Positions 27,655 through 37,615 of a stretch of DNA of 64,000 bases are shown here, one piece after another (the first letter of the stretch is position 1; each line of letters starts with the position of its first letter). Below the pieces are notes generated by a model. That model was not told where the DNA came from, made no database searches, and was given only the letters and a program-made list of their open reading frames with translations. The stretch is from the NCBI GenBank assembly GCA_000146465.1, contig CP001944.1. One strand, written 5' to 3'. The translations under genes were made by a program, and so were the position numbers.

Positions 27655-28443
27655 CTACTCCTCCTTTCCAAGAAGGATATCCACAACACTTGGATCTTCC
27701 AGAATTTCATGGATCCTTGCCATGTTACTGAATCTATCCTCGACTATTTTGCGAAAGTCGAAGTTAGGCATTTTGTTTTTTGCAAAGTTTATTACAGGGA
27801 CCGTTATTGTTTCGTTGTCTTCTCCCACATCTGTGCACTGCGTGGGAGAAAACCTTCTGTGCTCTTCTGTGTTGCTCATTCTTATCGAATTGGCCTCTCT
27901 CCTTTCCTGTTCCAGGCGTCCTGGTGACTTAATCTCACTGTATCCATGATCAAGCTTCTCAGGAATGATCCACTTGAAGGTATTTCTTTCCAAGCCACTT
28001 CCTCCATTTCTGGAACTCGAAGTCGGGTAACTCCCATCTGTCTCCATCACCGTCTTTTCTATTTCCTTGATCTGAACCAGATTTGCTCCCCACGAGACTT
28101 TCTTTCTTCTCTTTGGCTTCAAGTCCTCTCCCAGCTCCGATTGATTCTTATCATCCTTCAGACTCTCGGCACAGGCCACGCTAAACAACCTCTTGAGGCC
28201 TGTTTTTTCAAGTTGGTCTTGAGTAAATCCCGATCTTCTTAGTAGCTCAGAAGGCTCTTGAGCCCCAGGATAGAGAACATCAAAGCTAAGGTTTATGAAG
28301 TCTACATAGAAGGGATGCTCCACAGGAAACACTCCTCCCTCCAGGATTTCTTTGATTACACTCTTCACTCGCTCTGGAAGAATGGCTGGATCCTCAATTC
28401 CAAAAACCCCCTCGATCTTCCCAATCACCTCAGACTCTTTCAT
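27655..28443 (-). CDS. Hypothetical protein with basic KRRKKVSW (RVxF-like) motif
   Basis: ORF-track start 28548 is GTG. The first ATG is at 28443, preceded by gcccttcc. The protein is 262 aa with no confident family. Confidence 0.5.
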   Translation of the reverse strand: MKESEVIGKIEGVFGIEDPAILPERVKSVIKEILEGGVFPVEHPFYVDFINLSFDVLYPGAQEPSELLRRSGFTQDQLEKTGLKRLFSVACAESLKDDKNQSELGEDLKPKRRKKVSWGANLVQIKEIEKTVMETDGSYPTSSSRNGGSGLERNTFKWIIPEKLDHGYSEIKSPGRLEQERREANSIRMSNTEEHRRFSPTQCTDVGEDNETITVPVINFAKNKMPNFDFRKIVEDRFSNMARIHEILEDPSVVDILLGKEE

Positions 28444-28507
28444 GGAAGGGCCATTCCGGACTCGCTTTAGAGATTGCCTGGAAAATAAACAGCCCTGCAG
28501 CCATATG

Positions 28508-29842
28508 AAGAAGTTTGGGAGGAAAAGAAGGTCGATCTGTAACACCACCTACGAAGACGTCCGAAAAACATTTGACGATCTAAAAAGAAAGATTGCTGAT
28601 TCGGGCCGCCTTTCTTCCAGTGGATTTTCCCCGGCTACATCACCAAGGAGTGTGAGCTGGAGAAAGGACTATCCATGTGACCTTATCTCAAGCTCCGGCG
28701 ATGATCTGGAGGACTGGAGCAGCTTTATTAGCTCGCACAACTCTGAACTTGGAGATAGAAGTGGACCCAGAACTCCAAGCCCTGGAAGCGAGGCACAAGA
28801 AAGTATTGCAGTAAACCATGGAATCCTTAGCTCTAGCGAAACATACGACGAAAGTCTGGGATTCAGTAGCTTTCTTGAGGAGGAATCTAAGAAAGCATCT
28901 CGAATACAGAACATAACATTTAGAAGAAAGAAGGGGGAGAACGGGAATCTTTTGGAACTGGAGAAGTGCAACATCGATGCTCTTCAGGAAGAAAATCTCG
29001 AGGTGGCAGCACTGAAAAAAATCTCATTTGACAGAATGCCAAAGAATGTCAGGAAGATTGGGGAGGCAACATTCAGCGAGGTGTTTAGCGACGGCCTTAA
29101 GGTCTACAAGATTGTTCCATTAGGGGACACAGATGATGAAACGTCTCTCGAGTCGTTTCTGAAGGAATCGGCCATATTCAAAACCATTTCCTCGGAAGAC
29201 GGGGTGTGCAGGCTTAAAGATGTGTTTTTGGTTGAAGGAAAATATCCAGAGGAATATTTGAAGGCATGGGACGATTACGGAGAGGAAGAAAACGAAAGAC
29301 CCTCGAAATACTCGGACTCTCAGAAGTACGGTGTGATAGTGATGGAGGACGGGGGAGAAAGCCTGGAAAGCACTAAGTTTCAAGGGGCAGAGGAGATGGA
29401 CCGATTTATTAGGAGGGTTATAGAGATACTGGCCAACCTGGAGGAGAAGTACGAGTTCGAACATAGAGACCTTCATTGGGGAAATATCTTGATAAAGGAG
29501 GACCGAATAAGCTTGATTGATTTTTCTCTCAGTAGGCTGAAGGATGGAGATTCTGTGATATTTAGCAACCTCAACGACAAGCAATGGTTGTTCGAGGGAG
29601 ACGAGGCTTTTGATATCCAATTCAAGGTTTATAAGGACATGCTCAAGCTGTGTTCTGGATGCTGGTCTCGCTTTACTCCCCAAAGCAATGCCCTGTGGAT
29701 CCGATACCTTGTTGAAAAGACATTTGGAAAAGGAAGGTTCAAGGGGAAGAAAGACCTAGTCTCACAGTACTTGTCGATTATAGATAGCAGCACATCAGCA
29801 AGGGATATAGATGCAAAACTCAAGAGGAAGGAAGTACAATAA
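28508..29842 (+). CDS. Haspin-like Ser/Thr protein kinase
   Basis: The catalytic loop YEFEHRDLHWGNILI has the DLHWGN motif diagnostic of haspin. IDFSLSRL replaces the DFG region as in haspins. The upstream in-frame ATGs at 28382 and 28442 overlap the opposite-strand gene. I prefer 28508. Confidence 0.75.
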   Translation, partial: KKFGRKRRSICNTTYEDVRKTFDDLKRKIADSGRLSSSGFSPATSPRSVSWRKDYPCDLISSSGDDLEDWSSFISSHNSELGDRSGPRTPSPGSEAQESIAVNHGILSSSETYDESLGFSSFLEEESKKASRIQNITFRRKKGENGNLLELEKCNIDALQEENLEVAALKKISFDRMPKNVRKIGEATFSEVFSDGLKVYKIVPLGDTDDETSLESFLKESAIFKTISSEDGVCRLKDVFLVEGKYPEEYLKAWDDYGEEENERPSKYSDSQKYGVIVMEDGGESLESTKFQGAEEMDRFIRRVIEILANLEEKYEFEHRDLHWGNILIKEDRISLIDFSLSRLKDGDSVIFSNLNDKQWLFEGDEAFDIQFKVYKDMLKLCSGCWSRFTPQSNALWIRYLVEKTFGKGRFKGKKDLVSQYLSIIDSSTSARDIDAKLKRKEVQ

Positions 29843-29852
29843 AAAAGACCTT

Positions 29853-31421
29853 TTATTGGTCTAGGCTCATTCTGCTCTTTACTTGCCTAAGAAACTCACC
29901 TGCATTCAAGATTTCTGTCGATCCATACATGATTGGAACTCCTATCCTCTCCTCAAGAAGTTTCAGGGTTTTCAACTCTGTGTATGTTCCCCCTCCTATG
30001 CTAAATACAACAATCCTTGAGATCTCGCTTGCATATATATTTTTGGACCCGGTGGAATCAATCAACTTGAAGCCCGAGTATATCTGAGACTTGATATCCG
30101 AATAAATAGACTCCACAAGAGATGATATGGGGGTCTGCTCCTTCACCGGGAGAAGCTTTTTGACATTTCCCATAAGACTAGTGACCATCTGCGAGTAAAA
30201 GGCCCCTGTCTTTTCCGGCCGGGCGCTTTTATGCTTCCTGAAGAATTCAATCACCTTCGACTTTACCTTCCTCTTCTGAAGCAAGGGATCTATTAGATCG
30301 AAGTCCTTGGTGTTAAGAAGAAGAATGGCCAGCCTCAGTATGTCCTCGTCGTCGCCCTTCTCGGATAATTCCATCAACTCCTGATCTGTGTATCTTCCCT
30401 TCTCGACCTTGTAGAAGTCGTCGATCGCTCTCTTTTTTATTATCTCAACCATCTCAGAGCATATGGATATGTGAGCATTTACAGATTCATTTCTCTTTGC
30501 CAGCTCCGGTGCTTTATCCAGGGCCTCTTGGATCACCTTCTTGTCGGTCTTCTCGTCAATACTCCGAAGGGCCATTTCCTTTCTGTACTCTAGAAGCTCT
30601 TTCTCAACCCTTTCAACAACAACAGGGAAGTATTCGTTACTATTCCCCCTCCAGAGTTCGTCCTCTGGATCCAGATCAAATACCTTCCCACTTTTCAATG
30701 TTATCTTATTCGACTCAAACTTGAAGAGGTCATTCATTAGTGCACTATAGCTCCATACATGTTGCACAGGAGTGCTTACATCGTAGTTTCGATTCATAAG
30801 AATCAGAAGAGGCCTTTTCCCTGTCTTCTTGATGACACCAGTGTTTTTTATCTTTGCCTCAAGCATCTTTGCTATTTGGATGCATGTTTCGTCATCCAGA
30901 GTTGCCATAAACGGAACTTCTCCAAGAGTCACAAAGACACTCATAAGAGACATCACCATTCCTCTCCACATGTCTGTGTTCTCAATTCCTGCAAAGCTGT
31001 CCTTCATCTCAAGAGTAAACAGATCGTCTTGCAAAGCAGTGAAGTCCAGAAACTGGTCGAAGACAGATCTTACTCGAAGCCCAAGACCTCTCTCCGACAA
31101 CCTGAGTCCTAGGTCTTCGAGCTCTCCCCGGCCAACAGATGTGGTGAAGTTAAGGTAGTATTCAGAGTAAAGCTCCTTAAGGATATCCTCAGCGATTCCA
31201 TCTGCCTTCTCAACAAAATACACAGCAGGGGTGTTGGAGATGGGATGTCTCCCCTGAGACACCAGGAAATGGGTTGTTACACCGCACTCCCTGAGCTCGT
31301 TGACCTTCATCAAAGGCCCAATAATATGCTGTGCTCGAGCGTCAAGAACCAAGACCTTCCAGGGACTGTTTGGCATTCCCAGAAATGCCTTTATCTTCTG
31401 TTTCTGGAGCTCCCTTAACAT
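29853..31421 (-). CDS. Sec1/Munc18 (SM) family vesicle-fusion protein
   Basis: ATG at 31421, preceded by AAAATAGG..CCCC. It has Sec1-family similarity over its full length, including the N-terminal WKVLVLD...ISNT..VYF region. Confidence 0.85.
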   Translation of the reverse strand: MLRELQKQKIKAFLGMPNSPWKVLVLDARAQHIIGPLMKVNELRECGVTTHFLVSQGRHPISNTPAVYFVEKADGIAEDILKELYSEYYLNFTTSVGRGELEDLGLRLSERGLGLRVRSVFDQFLDFTALQDDLFTLEMKDSFAGIENTDMWRGMVMSLMSVFVTLGEVPFMATLDDETCIQIAKMLEAKIKNTGVIKKTGKRPLLILMNRNYDVSTPVQHVWSYSALMNDLFKFESNKITLKSGKVFDLDPEDELWRGNSNEYFPVVVERVEKELLEYRKEMALRSIDEKTDKKVIQEALDKAPELAKRNESVNAHISICSEMVEIIKKRAIDDFYKVEKGRYTDQELMELSEKGDDEDILRLAILLLNTKDFDLIDPLLQKRKVKSKVIEFFRKHKSARPEKTGAFYSQMVTSLMGNVKKLLPVKEQTPISSLVESIYSDIKSQIYSGFKLIDSTGSKNIYASEISRIVVFSIGGGTYTELKTLKLLEERIGVPIMYGSTEILNAGEFLRQVKSRMSLDQ

Positions 31422-31582
31422 TCGGGGTATTGTGGCAGCCTATTTTCTAGAAAGGTTGCAAGATTTCTTTTTGAAGGCTGTGGTCCTTGCTGTTGAAGAA
31501 GTCCTAGGTATGTGAATGGTTTGATCCTGTCTGCCCGAGAAATAAATCTTTTTGTTATCCCTAGAACTACTCCAATAGGACA

Positions 31583-32497
31583 ATGACAACAGAGATTAGA
31601 AATATAAAGCTGGTTCAGAAGATAGCGTCTGGGGCTTTTGGAGAGATATTTATTGGCCAAAACACAGTGACAAACCAGACAGTGGCAGTGAAGCTGGAGA
31701 AGAAGGCTCACTATGGCCAGCTGAAGCATGAATATGGAGTATACAAGGCGCTTGGGAGCATCCGTACCCCAAAGATTTACGAGTATGGAAAGATCTTGTA
31801 TGAAAATGTATACGTCAATGGAATGGTAATGGAACTGATGGGCAAGTCTTTGGAGCAGCTGTTTGTTGCATGCAACAGGCATTTTTCCCTTAAGACGGTA
31901 CTGATGATAGGAGAGAAGATGATTGACGATGTAGAATATCTGCATCACAAGAACTATGTACACAGAGACATTAAACCCGATAACTTTGTGTTTGACGTCC
32001 GAGGAGATAAATTGTATCTAATAGACTACGGGCTAGCGAAAGAGTTCCGGAATCCAATGACATTCAAGCACAGAGAGATGAGAACAGATAAGTCGTTGAC
32101 GGGGACAGCGAGATACGCTTCACTGAGGACACATCAGGGATATGAGCAAAGTAGAAGAGATGACTTGGAAAGCATTGGATTCTGTCTTGTGTATTTTCTT
32201 AAAGGAAGGCTTCCTTGGCAAGGGTTGAAGGCCAAGACAAAGCAGGAGAAGTATGACAAGATACGGGAAAGCAAAGAGGGGATATCGTTGTATGAGCTGT
32301 GTATGGGGCTCCCGAAGGAAATTCATTCTTTTTGCTTCTATGTGCGGAACCTTGGGTATGAGGATATGCCGAATTATGCATATTTAAGGACACTGCTCAG
32401 CGATGCGCTTCGGCAAAGAGGCCTAAGGAACGACGGGGTGTTTGATTGGGTGGCCAGAACGCCCTCTGACTCCTTGGCGGATCTGGAGATCCTGTGA
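31583..32497 (+). CDS. Casein kinase I
   Basis: ATG at 31583. CK1 hallmarks: IASGAFGEIFIG, VAVKLE, YVHRDIKPDNF, IDYGLAKEF, SLTGTARYASLRTHQGYEQSRRDDLESIGF. Confidence 0.92.
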   Translation: MTTEIRNIKLVQKIASGAFGEIFIGQNTVTNQTVAVKLEKKAHYGQLKHEYGVYKALGSIRTPKIYEYGKILYENVYVNGMVMELMGKSLEQLFVACNRHFSLKTVLMIGEKMIDDVEYLHHKNYVHRDIKPDNFVFDVRGDKLYLIDYGLAKEFRNPMTFKHREMRTDKSLTGTARYASLRTHQGYEQSRRDDLESIGFCLVYFLKGRLPWQGLKAKTKQEKYDKIRESKEGISLYELCMGLPKEIHSFCFYVRNLGYEDMPNYAYLRTLLSDALRQRGLRNDGVFDWVARTPSDSLADLEIL

Positions 32498-32553
32498 ATA
32501 GGTGAATAAAAGGATACTGCTGTTTGGTTGGGGAAAATGTTTTTAGACGGTGG

Positions 32554-32889
32554 ATGGGTTTGGCCATGGAGACCCATCGGGAAAAGAGAGAGACTTTGAA
32601 AAGGATGTTTCAAGAAGAAGGGTTTGTTGTTGGAGACGGACTGAAGTATGGGGTTGATCTCCTGCTATACACAGACAGCCCGTCGAAGGTGCATTCGAAG
32701 TATGGGGTTCTTATAGACAGAAAACACAGTCTTTTGGACATTGTTGGGGTTCAAAGAACATGCACGTCTGTCAACAAGATTTTAATTGTGGTGTTCTTTG
32801 ATGGGGCTGAAGTTCGAATGGTAAGTGTTGAGAGGATGGAACTTGGGGGTGGAGGACATGAATTTTCAGCAGACGAGCTCGATGTTTGA
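32554..32889 (+). CDS. tRNA-splicing endonuclease subunit, minimal catalytic-type C-terminal domain
   Basis: ORF-track start is TTG. The first ATG is at 32554. KRMFQEEGFVVGDGLKYGVDLLLYTDSP.KVHSKYGVLI matches the tRNA-intron endonuclease C-terminal catalytic fold (G.KFG.DFLLY...H..Y). The protein is only about 111 aa. Confidence 0.5.
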   Translation: MGLAMETHREKRETLKRMFQEEGFVVGDGLKYGVDLLLYTDSPSKVHSKYGVLIDRKHSLLDIVGVQRTCTSVNKILIVVFFDGAEVRMVSVERMELGGGGHEFSADELDV

Positions 32890-32932
32890 GAGCGGAGCAA
32901 GTCTTGTAAAAAATAAGGTTTCTAGACCCCAA

Positions 32933-35905
32933 ATGAAAAACAATGAAGAGGTTGAGATAGACGAGTCCTTGTATTCTAGGCAGCTTTATGTTGTTGGGAA
33001 GGATGCAATGAAGAAGATGATGAATAGCAGGGTGCTTGTGATGGGACTAGATGGGCTTGGGCAGGAGGTTGCAAAGAACATATGCTTGGCAGGAGTAAGC
33101 AAGGTGACTCTGTTTGACGACAGGATAGTTGAGGAGGAAGATCTGTGCACGGGATTCTATCTTCGTAGGGAAGACATAGGAAAGGCAAGAGATGCCAGCG
33201 TCGTAGAGAAGTTCAGATCAATGAACGAGTATGTGGATGTGAGTGTAGCCAGCGAGGTGAACAACTTTGAAGGATATGATGTTGTTGTAGTGTGCAATGA
33301 GGGCTATGGAGAGCAGATAAAGCTGAATGAGATGGCTAGGAAGGACAAGTGTATGTTTGTTGGATGCCAGGTAAGAGGGCTGTTTTCACAAGTATTTTGC
33401 GACTTTGGAGCAGAATTTATCTGTGTTGACAGGACTGGGGAAATACCGATGAGTGGAATGATCAACGACATAAGTGAAGATGGAGTGATGACGGTTGTTG
33501 ATGGGCAAAGGCATAATCTGGAGGACTACGACATAATCAAGATAACCCAGTGCGAGGAGTATGAGGGCAAATACTTTCGAGTTAAGGTGATTTCTCCCAC
33601 TCAAGTGATGCTGCAGGGTGTTGATGGAGTGCGGATGTTTGAGGAGGAAGCCGAGTTCAAGGCGGAGAGATTCAAGAGTGTGTATGGAGGAGATTTTGAG
33701 CAGCAGAAGAAACCGAGCATGATATCGTTCAAGCCTCTTGGGCGGACAATTGATGAGCCAAGGATCCTGGGTTTCAACTATGAAGTTGAGGAAAGGAACC
33801 TTGTTATTCACAAGTGCTTTGTTGCTCTTGGAGAGTATATGAAACAGAGTAAACAGACCCCGAGTGGAGAAGAATTTCTGTCGTTCTTTGTTAGGAAGTA
33901 CAAGAGCCATTTTGAGTTTGAAGCGCTAATAAGATCTTTTGGAAGGCAATGTGGGGGGACTCTTATGCCAATGTGTTCTGTGGTTGGAGGATTTGTGGCT
34001 CAGGAAATCTTGAAAGCTGTGGGAAGCAGGTTTACACCCTTACACCAATTCTTCTATTTTGACGCAATGGATGTTGTTCCTGGAGATCCCAAGGATGATG
34101 GGAAGGACTACGGAAGATATGGGCCGATGGTAAGATGCCTTGGGAAGGAATGTGTTGAGAAGCTCTTCAATCTCCACGTCTTCATGGTTGGAGCAGGAGC
34201 CATTGGATGTGAACACCTGAAGAACATGGTTATGTGTGGAATTGGAAGCAGGGGAAGAGTAAGTGTGACAGACATGGACGCGATCGAGCAGTCGAATCTG
34301 AACAGGCAATTCCTATTTAGATCTGGAGATGTTTCAAGTATGAAGGCTGAGATTGCTGTTGGAAAAGCCATCGAGCTGAACGAAGATTTCCTGAAGATTC
34401 CCTTGGAAAGAGGCGAGGAGAAGCTTGAAGGAAAAGATGTTTCTGAAATGACAAATGGAATGTCAGGGTCGGGGCTTCCGTATTCTAACCTTGTTTACTA
34501 CAATCTGAAAGTGGGAAAGGAAACGGAATCAGTATTTAGTGACAGGTTTTTTCAGTCTGTAGATGTTGTAGCAACTGCACTTGACAACGTGGATGCAAGG
34601 ATATATGTTGATGGAAGATGTGTTGTGAATAGAAAGTTCATGGTGGATGCAGGAACATCTGGAACAAAGGGGAATGTGCAAGTTGTTGTTCCGTTTCACA
34701 CAGAGAGCTATGGATCCAGTCAAGATCCACCCGAAAAATCGATTCCTCTGTGTACCATCAAAAACTTTCCATATGCCATTGAGCACACCATTGAATGGGC
34801 AAGAAGTGAGTTTGAGTTCAAGTTCCATGACGAGATACTCCTGATAAAAGAATACCTAGGAAGAGAGAAGAAGAATGGAGGAGAAGGAAAGGAAGAAGCA
34901 AGCAATGAGACGATGGAAGACATTGTTGAGAAGACACCCAGAAGCGCCAAGGAATGTATTCGGAACGGAATCCTTCTTTTTGTCAAGCTCTTCCATACAT
35001 CTATTAAGAACCTTATAACAGCATTTCCTCCGGACTCAAAGACAAAGGAAGGGCAGCCATTCTGGATGCCTCCAAAGAGGTCTCCGGTGACAATTAGCTT
35101 TGACGTTAATAACAGCCTTCATGTCCTGTTTGTCCAGAGCACTGCAAATATATTCAGCTTCAACTTTGGAATTGGAGAACACATATCAAGAGAGATGGTT
35201 GTGGATTTTGTAAAGAACGAAATCCTAGTGGAAGAGTTTTCGAGTGCGGTAGACAATATTTGTGTAGAAGAGTCGCCACGGCCGCCCGTTGACCCGTCTG
35301 CCATAACACCTTGCACATTTGAAAAAGACGACGACTCGAACTTCCATGTGGATTTCCTGTATGCTGCAGCCAATCTAAGGGCAATGAACTACAAGATAAA
35401 GCAAGCAGACAGACTTACTGTGAAGGGGATTGCCGGAAGAATCATCCCAGCCATAGCAACCACAACCGCCGTTGTCTCTGGACTTGCCATCCTGGAGATG
35501 ATCAAATATGCTCTAGGCGTGGAGCATACAAAGCATAAGAACTCATTCCTCAATCTAGCCCTTCCCTTCTTTGCAAGCACGGATCCTGTGGAACCTATGA
35601 AGCAGCTGTATAAGATCGAAAACAAGAAATATACATTTACACTATGGAACAGGCTGGAGTATAAGGATTCCAAGCTGGGGACAATCCTCAAAGCTTTTGA
35701 AATTCAATTCAAGAAGAAGATATCGATGGTCACTGCCGAGAATGCCTTGATCTACTGGGACTTCGATTCGAAGTATGCAGACAATCTGGAAAAGACTGTT
35801 GGAGAACTGGTCGGCAGAAAGCCGGATGAGCTGTTTGTCATGCTGGATGTGATAACAGACGACGAAGAAGGAGAATTCCCCAGAATAGTAGTTGTCTTTG
35901 AATAA
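32933..35905 (+). CDS. UBA1: Ubiquitin-activating enzyme E1 (UBA1)
   Basis: The E1 N-terminus IDESLYSRQLYVVGKDAMKKM begins at ATG 32933, preceded by ccccaa. Earlier in-frame Ms would overlap the upstream gene. Two ThiF/MoeB adenylation domains are present, with the catalytic-cysteine region PLCTIKNFP. Confidence 0.92.
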   Translation: MKNNEEVEIDESLYSRQLYVVGKDAMKKMMNSRVLVMGLDGLGQEVAKNICLAGVSKVTLFDDRIVEEEDLCTGFYLRREDIGKARDASVVEKFRSMNEYVDVSVASEVNNFEGYDVVVVCNEGYGEQIKLNEMARKDKCMFVGCQVRGLFSQVFCDFGAEFICVDRTGEIPMSGMINDISEDGVMTVVDGQRHNLEDYDIIKITQCEEYEGKYFRVKVISPTQVMLQGVDGVRMFEEEAEFKAERFKSVYGGDFEQQKKPSMISFKPLGRTIDEPRILGFNYEVEERNLVIHKCFVALGEYMKQSKQTPSGEEFLSFFVRKYKSHFEFEALIRSFGRQCGGTLMPMCSVVGGFVAQEILKAVGSRFTPLHQFFYFDAMDVVPGDPKDDGKDYGRYGPMVRCLGKECVEKLFNLHVFMVGAGAIGCEHLKNMVMCGIGSRGRVSVTDMDAIEQSNLNRQFLFRSGDVSSMKAEIAVGKAIELNEDFLKIPLERGEEKLEGKDVSEMTNGMSGSGLPYSNLVYYNLKVGKETESVFSDRFFQSVDVVATALDNVDARIYVDGRCVVNRKFMVDAGTSGTKGNVQVVVPFHTESYGSSQDPPEKSIPLCTIKNFPYAIEHTIEWARSEFEFKFHDEILLIKEYLGREKKNGGEGKEEASNETMEDIVEKTPRSAKECIRNGILLFVKLFHTSIKNLITAFPPDSKTKEGQPFWMPPKRSPVTISFDVNNSLHVLFVQSTANIFSFNFGIGEHISREMVVDFVKNEILVEEFSSAVDNICVEESPRPPVDPSAITPCTFEKDDDSNFHVDFLYAAANLRAMNYKIKQADRLTVKGIAGRIIPAIATTTAVVSGLAILEMIKYALGVEHTKHKNSFLNLALPFFASTDPVEPMKQLYKIENKKYTFTLWNRLEYKDSKLGTILKAFEIQFKKKISMVTAENALIYWDFDSKYADNLEKTVGELVGRKPDELFVMLDVITDDEEGEFPRIVVVFE

Positions 35906-36010
35906 AGCCTTTTCTTTTCCCTGGCACAGAGCTCATCTATGAAGAAGGCTTACGAGATATGTTCTTTAATAATCACCCGGAACAAGAAAGAGCTTCTCAT
36001 TCCTCGGGAT

Positions 36011-36658
36011 TCAGGCCGCTTGGTCATCATGGTAGTGCTTTATATGGTATTTGAGGCCATTATTGTTCTTGTATTTCTTGTCGCATCCGCCAAATGGACA
36101 AACATAGGGCTTGAATATGTTCATCTTCTCTTCGGAGTGGCCTTCTTTCATGTGATACTTGAGGCCGAAGGAAGACGTGTATTTCTTGTTGCACCCCTCT
36201 ATCTCGCATGCATACACCCTCGTTTTTGCCTTCTGTGCCCTGGAAGACGAACTTCCAGCCCTTTCCTCTCTGCAAGGGGACTTGGGCCCAGAAATCCCAC
36301 GGACGTCTATTAATCCATTTCCTGAGACTCCCTTTCTCCACTCCCTGTCTCTAACACTCTTGTGGATGAATTCATAGTCGAATCCCAGAGTATCCTCCTC
36401 CCAAAGCTCTTCTGTGCTTTGAGTCGATAGGGCGTATTTGTAAAGGATCTCCTCTCTCTTCAGTAAGACATCCTCCAAGTAAAACTGATGCATGTCCATC
36501 ATATATCCTATGTCTTTATATCTCTTTACCCTCTCCTCAAATCTTTTTTCCTCTATCTGGTACAACTTTTTCAGTCTACTTGAATCGTTCATTCTCATCA
36601 TATGGTTCCTTGGACGGTTAATTATTTTCCTAAATGTTATTGATCCCGCAATATTCAT
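36011..36658 (-). CDS. C2H2 zinc-finger protein
   Basis: ATG at 36658. Tandem C2H2 fingers YACEIEGCNKKYTSSFGLKYHMKEGH and YVCPFGGCDKKYKNNNGLKYHIKHYH. Confidence 0.7.
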   Translation of the reverse strand: MNIAGSITFRKIINRPRNHMMRMNDSSRLKKLYQIEEKRFEERVKRYKDIGYMMDMHQFYLEDVLLKREEILYKYALSTQSTEELWEEDTLGFDYEFIHKSVRDREWRKGVSGNGLIDVRGISGPKSPCREERAGSSSSRAQKAKTRVYACEIEGCNKKYTSSFGLKYHMKEGHSEEKMNIFKPYVCPFGGCDKKYKNNNGLKYHIKHYHDDQAA

Positions 36659-36816
36659 TTGGATGTCTCCAGAAGGCTGCCATATAAGTATATGCTACAA
36701 TCGTGCTCTCCTCTGTCCTCCTAGCCCAGACATCCAGCTCTAGCATTTTGCAAGTTGTCTATATTGGCGAAGTAAGAAAAGTCTTTCCGTATTAGCTAAA
36801 TAAGCCCAATCGTTTA

Positions 36817-37536
36817 TTAAATCATCCTCTTGAGGAGATTCCCCAGCAGGTCCTGGTGATTCCCAACAGACCCTCCATCGTTGAAGTTCCTGGATTTCTT
36901 ACCTTTGAATCCTCCGCGCGGCGGGCTAAGGTGGAACGGGTACAGGAAATTGTTGACGTCTCTGAACATCTCGGTCCCATTGTAGATGTGGTAAACAAGC
37001 TCCTCGATGCACTTGATCTTTCCATCAAACATATCCTCAATAAACTCGTTTGTGAGCTTGACACGAGCATTTCCGTTCCTCCCCGTTCCCCTTGTGTACA
37101 TCAGCTTCCTCAGTAGCTCCATATCAATTGTTCCAAATGCAACATAATCCTTGATTATATGAAGCATCCTCTTTGTCGACTTGTTGTTTTTGACGAACAT
37201 GCAGGTATTGGTCTTCTTCAGTCGGAAAAGCTGTAGAACCTTCTTGACCTTTGGAGGACATCGGAGCTTTGATCTTATCAGGATCACCACAAAGAACTCT
37301 GCCTCCTTTGGGACATAAAATCCTTCTTGAATGCTTGCCTTCTTCTCAAGGATTTCTCTTTCCTGCTGGTAGTATTTATCTAGGAGCTTCTCGGTAGTGG
37401 CCTCGGCATACTTTGCATTCTCCTTCTTCCTCTCCATAAACTCTTTCTCTTGTCTCGTCTTTATCCCTGCCATCTTGGCCTGGTATTCCTTCTTCCTGAT
37501 AGACGACTGCGGAGCCTCCCTCATTGCTACTTCCAT
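36817..37536 (-). CDS. RPL7: 60S ribosomal protein L7 (uL30)
   Basis: ATG at 37536. The family pattern is FVVILIRS...LRL...VFVKNNKST..ML..I..YVAFG. The AAAAATTTGCCC motif lies just upstream. Confidence 0.9.
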   Translation of the reverse strand: MEVAMREAPQSSIRKKEYQAKMAGIKTRQEKEFMERKKENAKYAEATTEKLLDKYYQQEREILEKKASIQEGFYVPKEAEFFVVILIRSKLRCPPKVKKVLQLFRLKKTNTCMFVKNNKSTKRMLHIIKDYVAFGTIDMELLRKLMYTRGTGRNGNARVKLTNEFIEDMFDGKIKCIEELVYHIYNGTEMFRDVNNFLYPFHLSPPRGGFKGKKSRNFNDGGSVGNHQDLLGNLLKRMI

Positions 37537-37541
37537 TTTCA

Positions 37542-37553
37542 GGGCAAATTTTT
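37542..37553 (-). promoter_or_regulatory. AAAAATTTGCCC promoter-like motif upstream of RPL7
   Basis: The minus-strand reading is caagtAAAAATTTGCCCtgaaaATG. This is the same element as upstream of RPS14, TUB2 and RPL34. Confidence 0.45.
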
Positions 37554-37615
37554 ACTTGAAATTCTAATACTCCATCCACGCTCATTCCCCTTCAAAGCCA
37601 TAAATCTGCTTATTC

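Noticed and set aside
35939-36313. 124-aa plus-strand ORF
   Set aside because: It lies entirely antisense to the C2H2 zinc-finger gene 36011..36658, is hydrophobic junk, and shows no homology.
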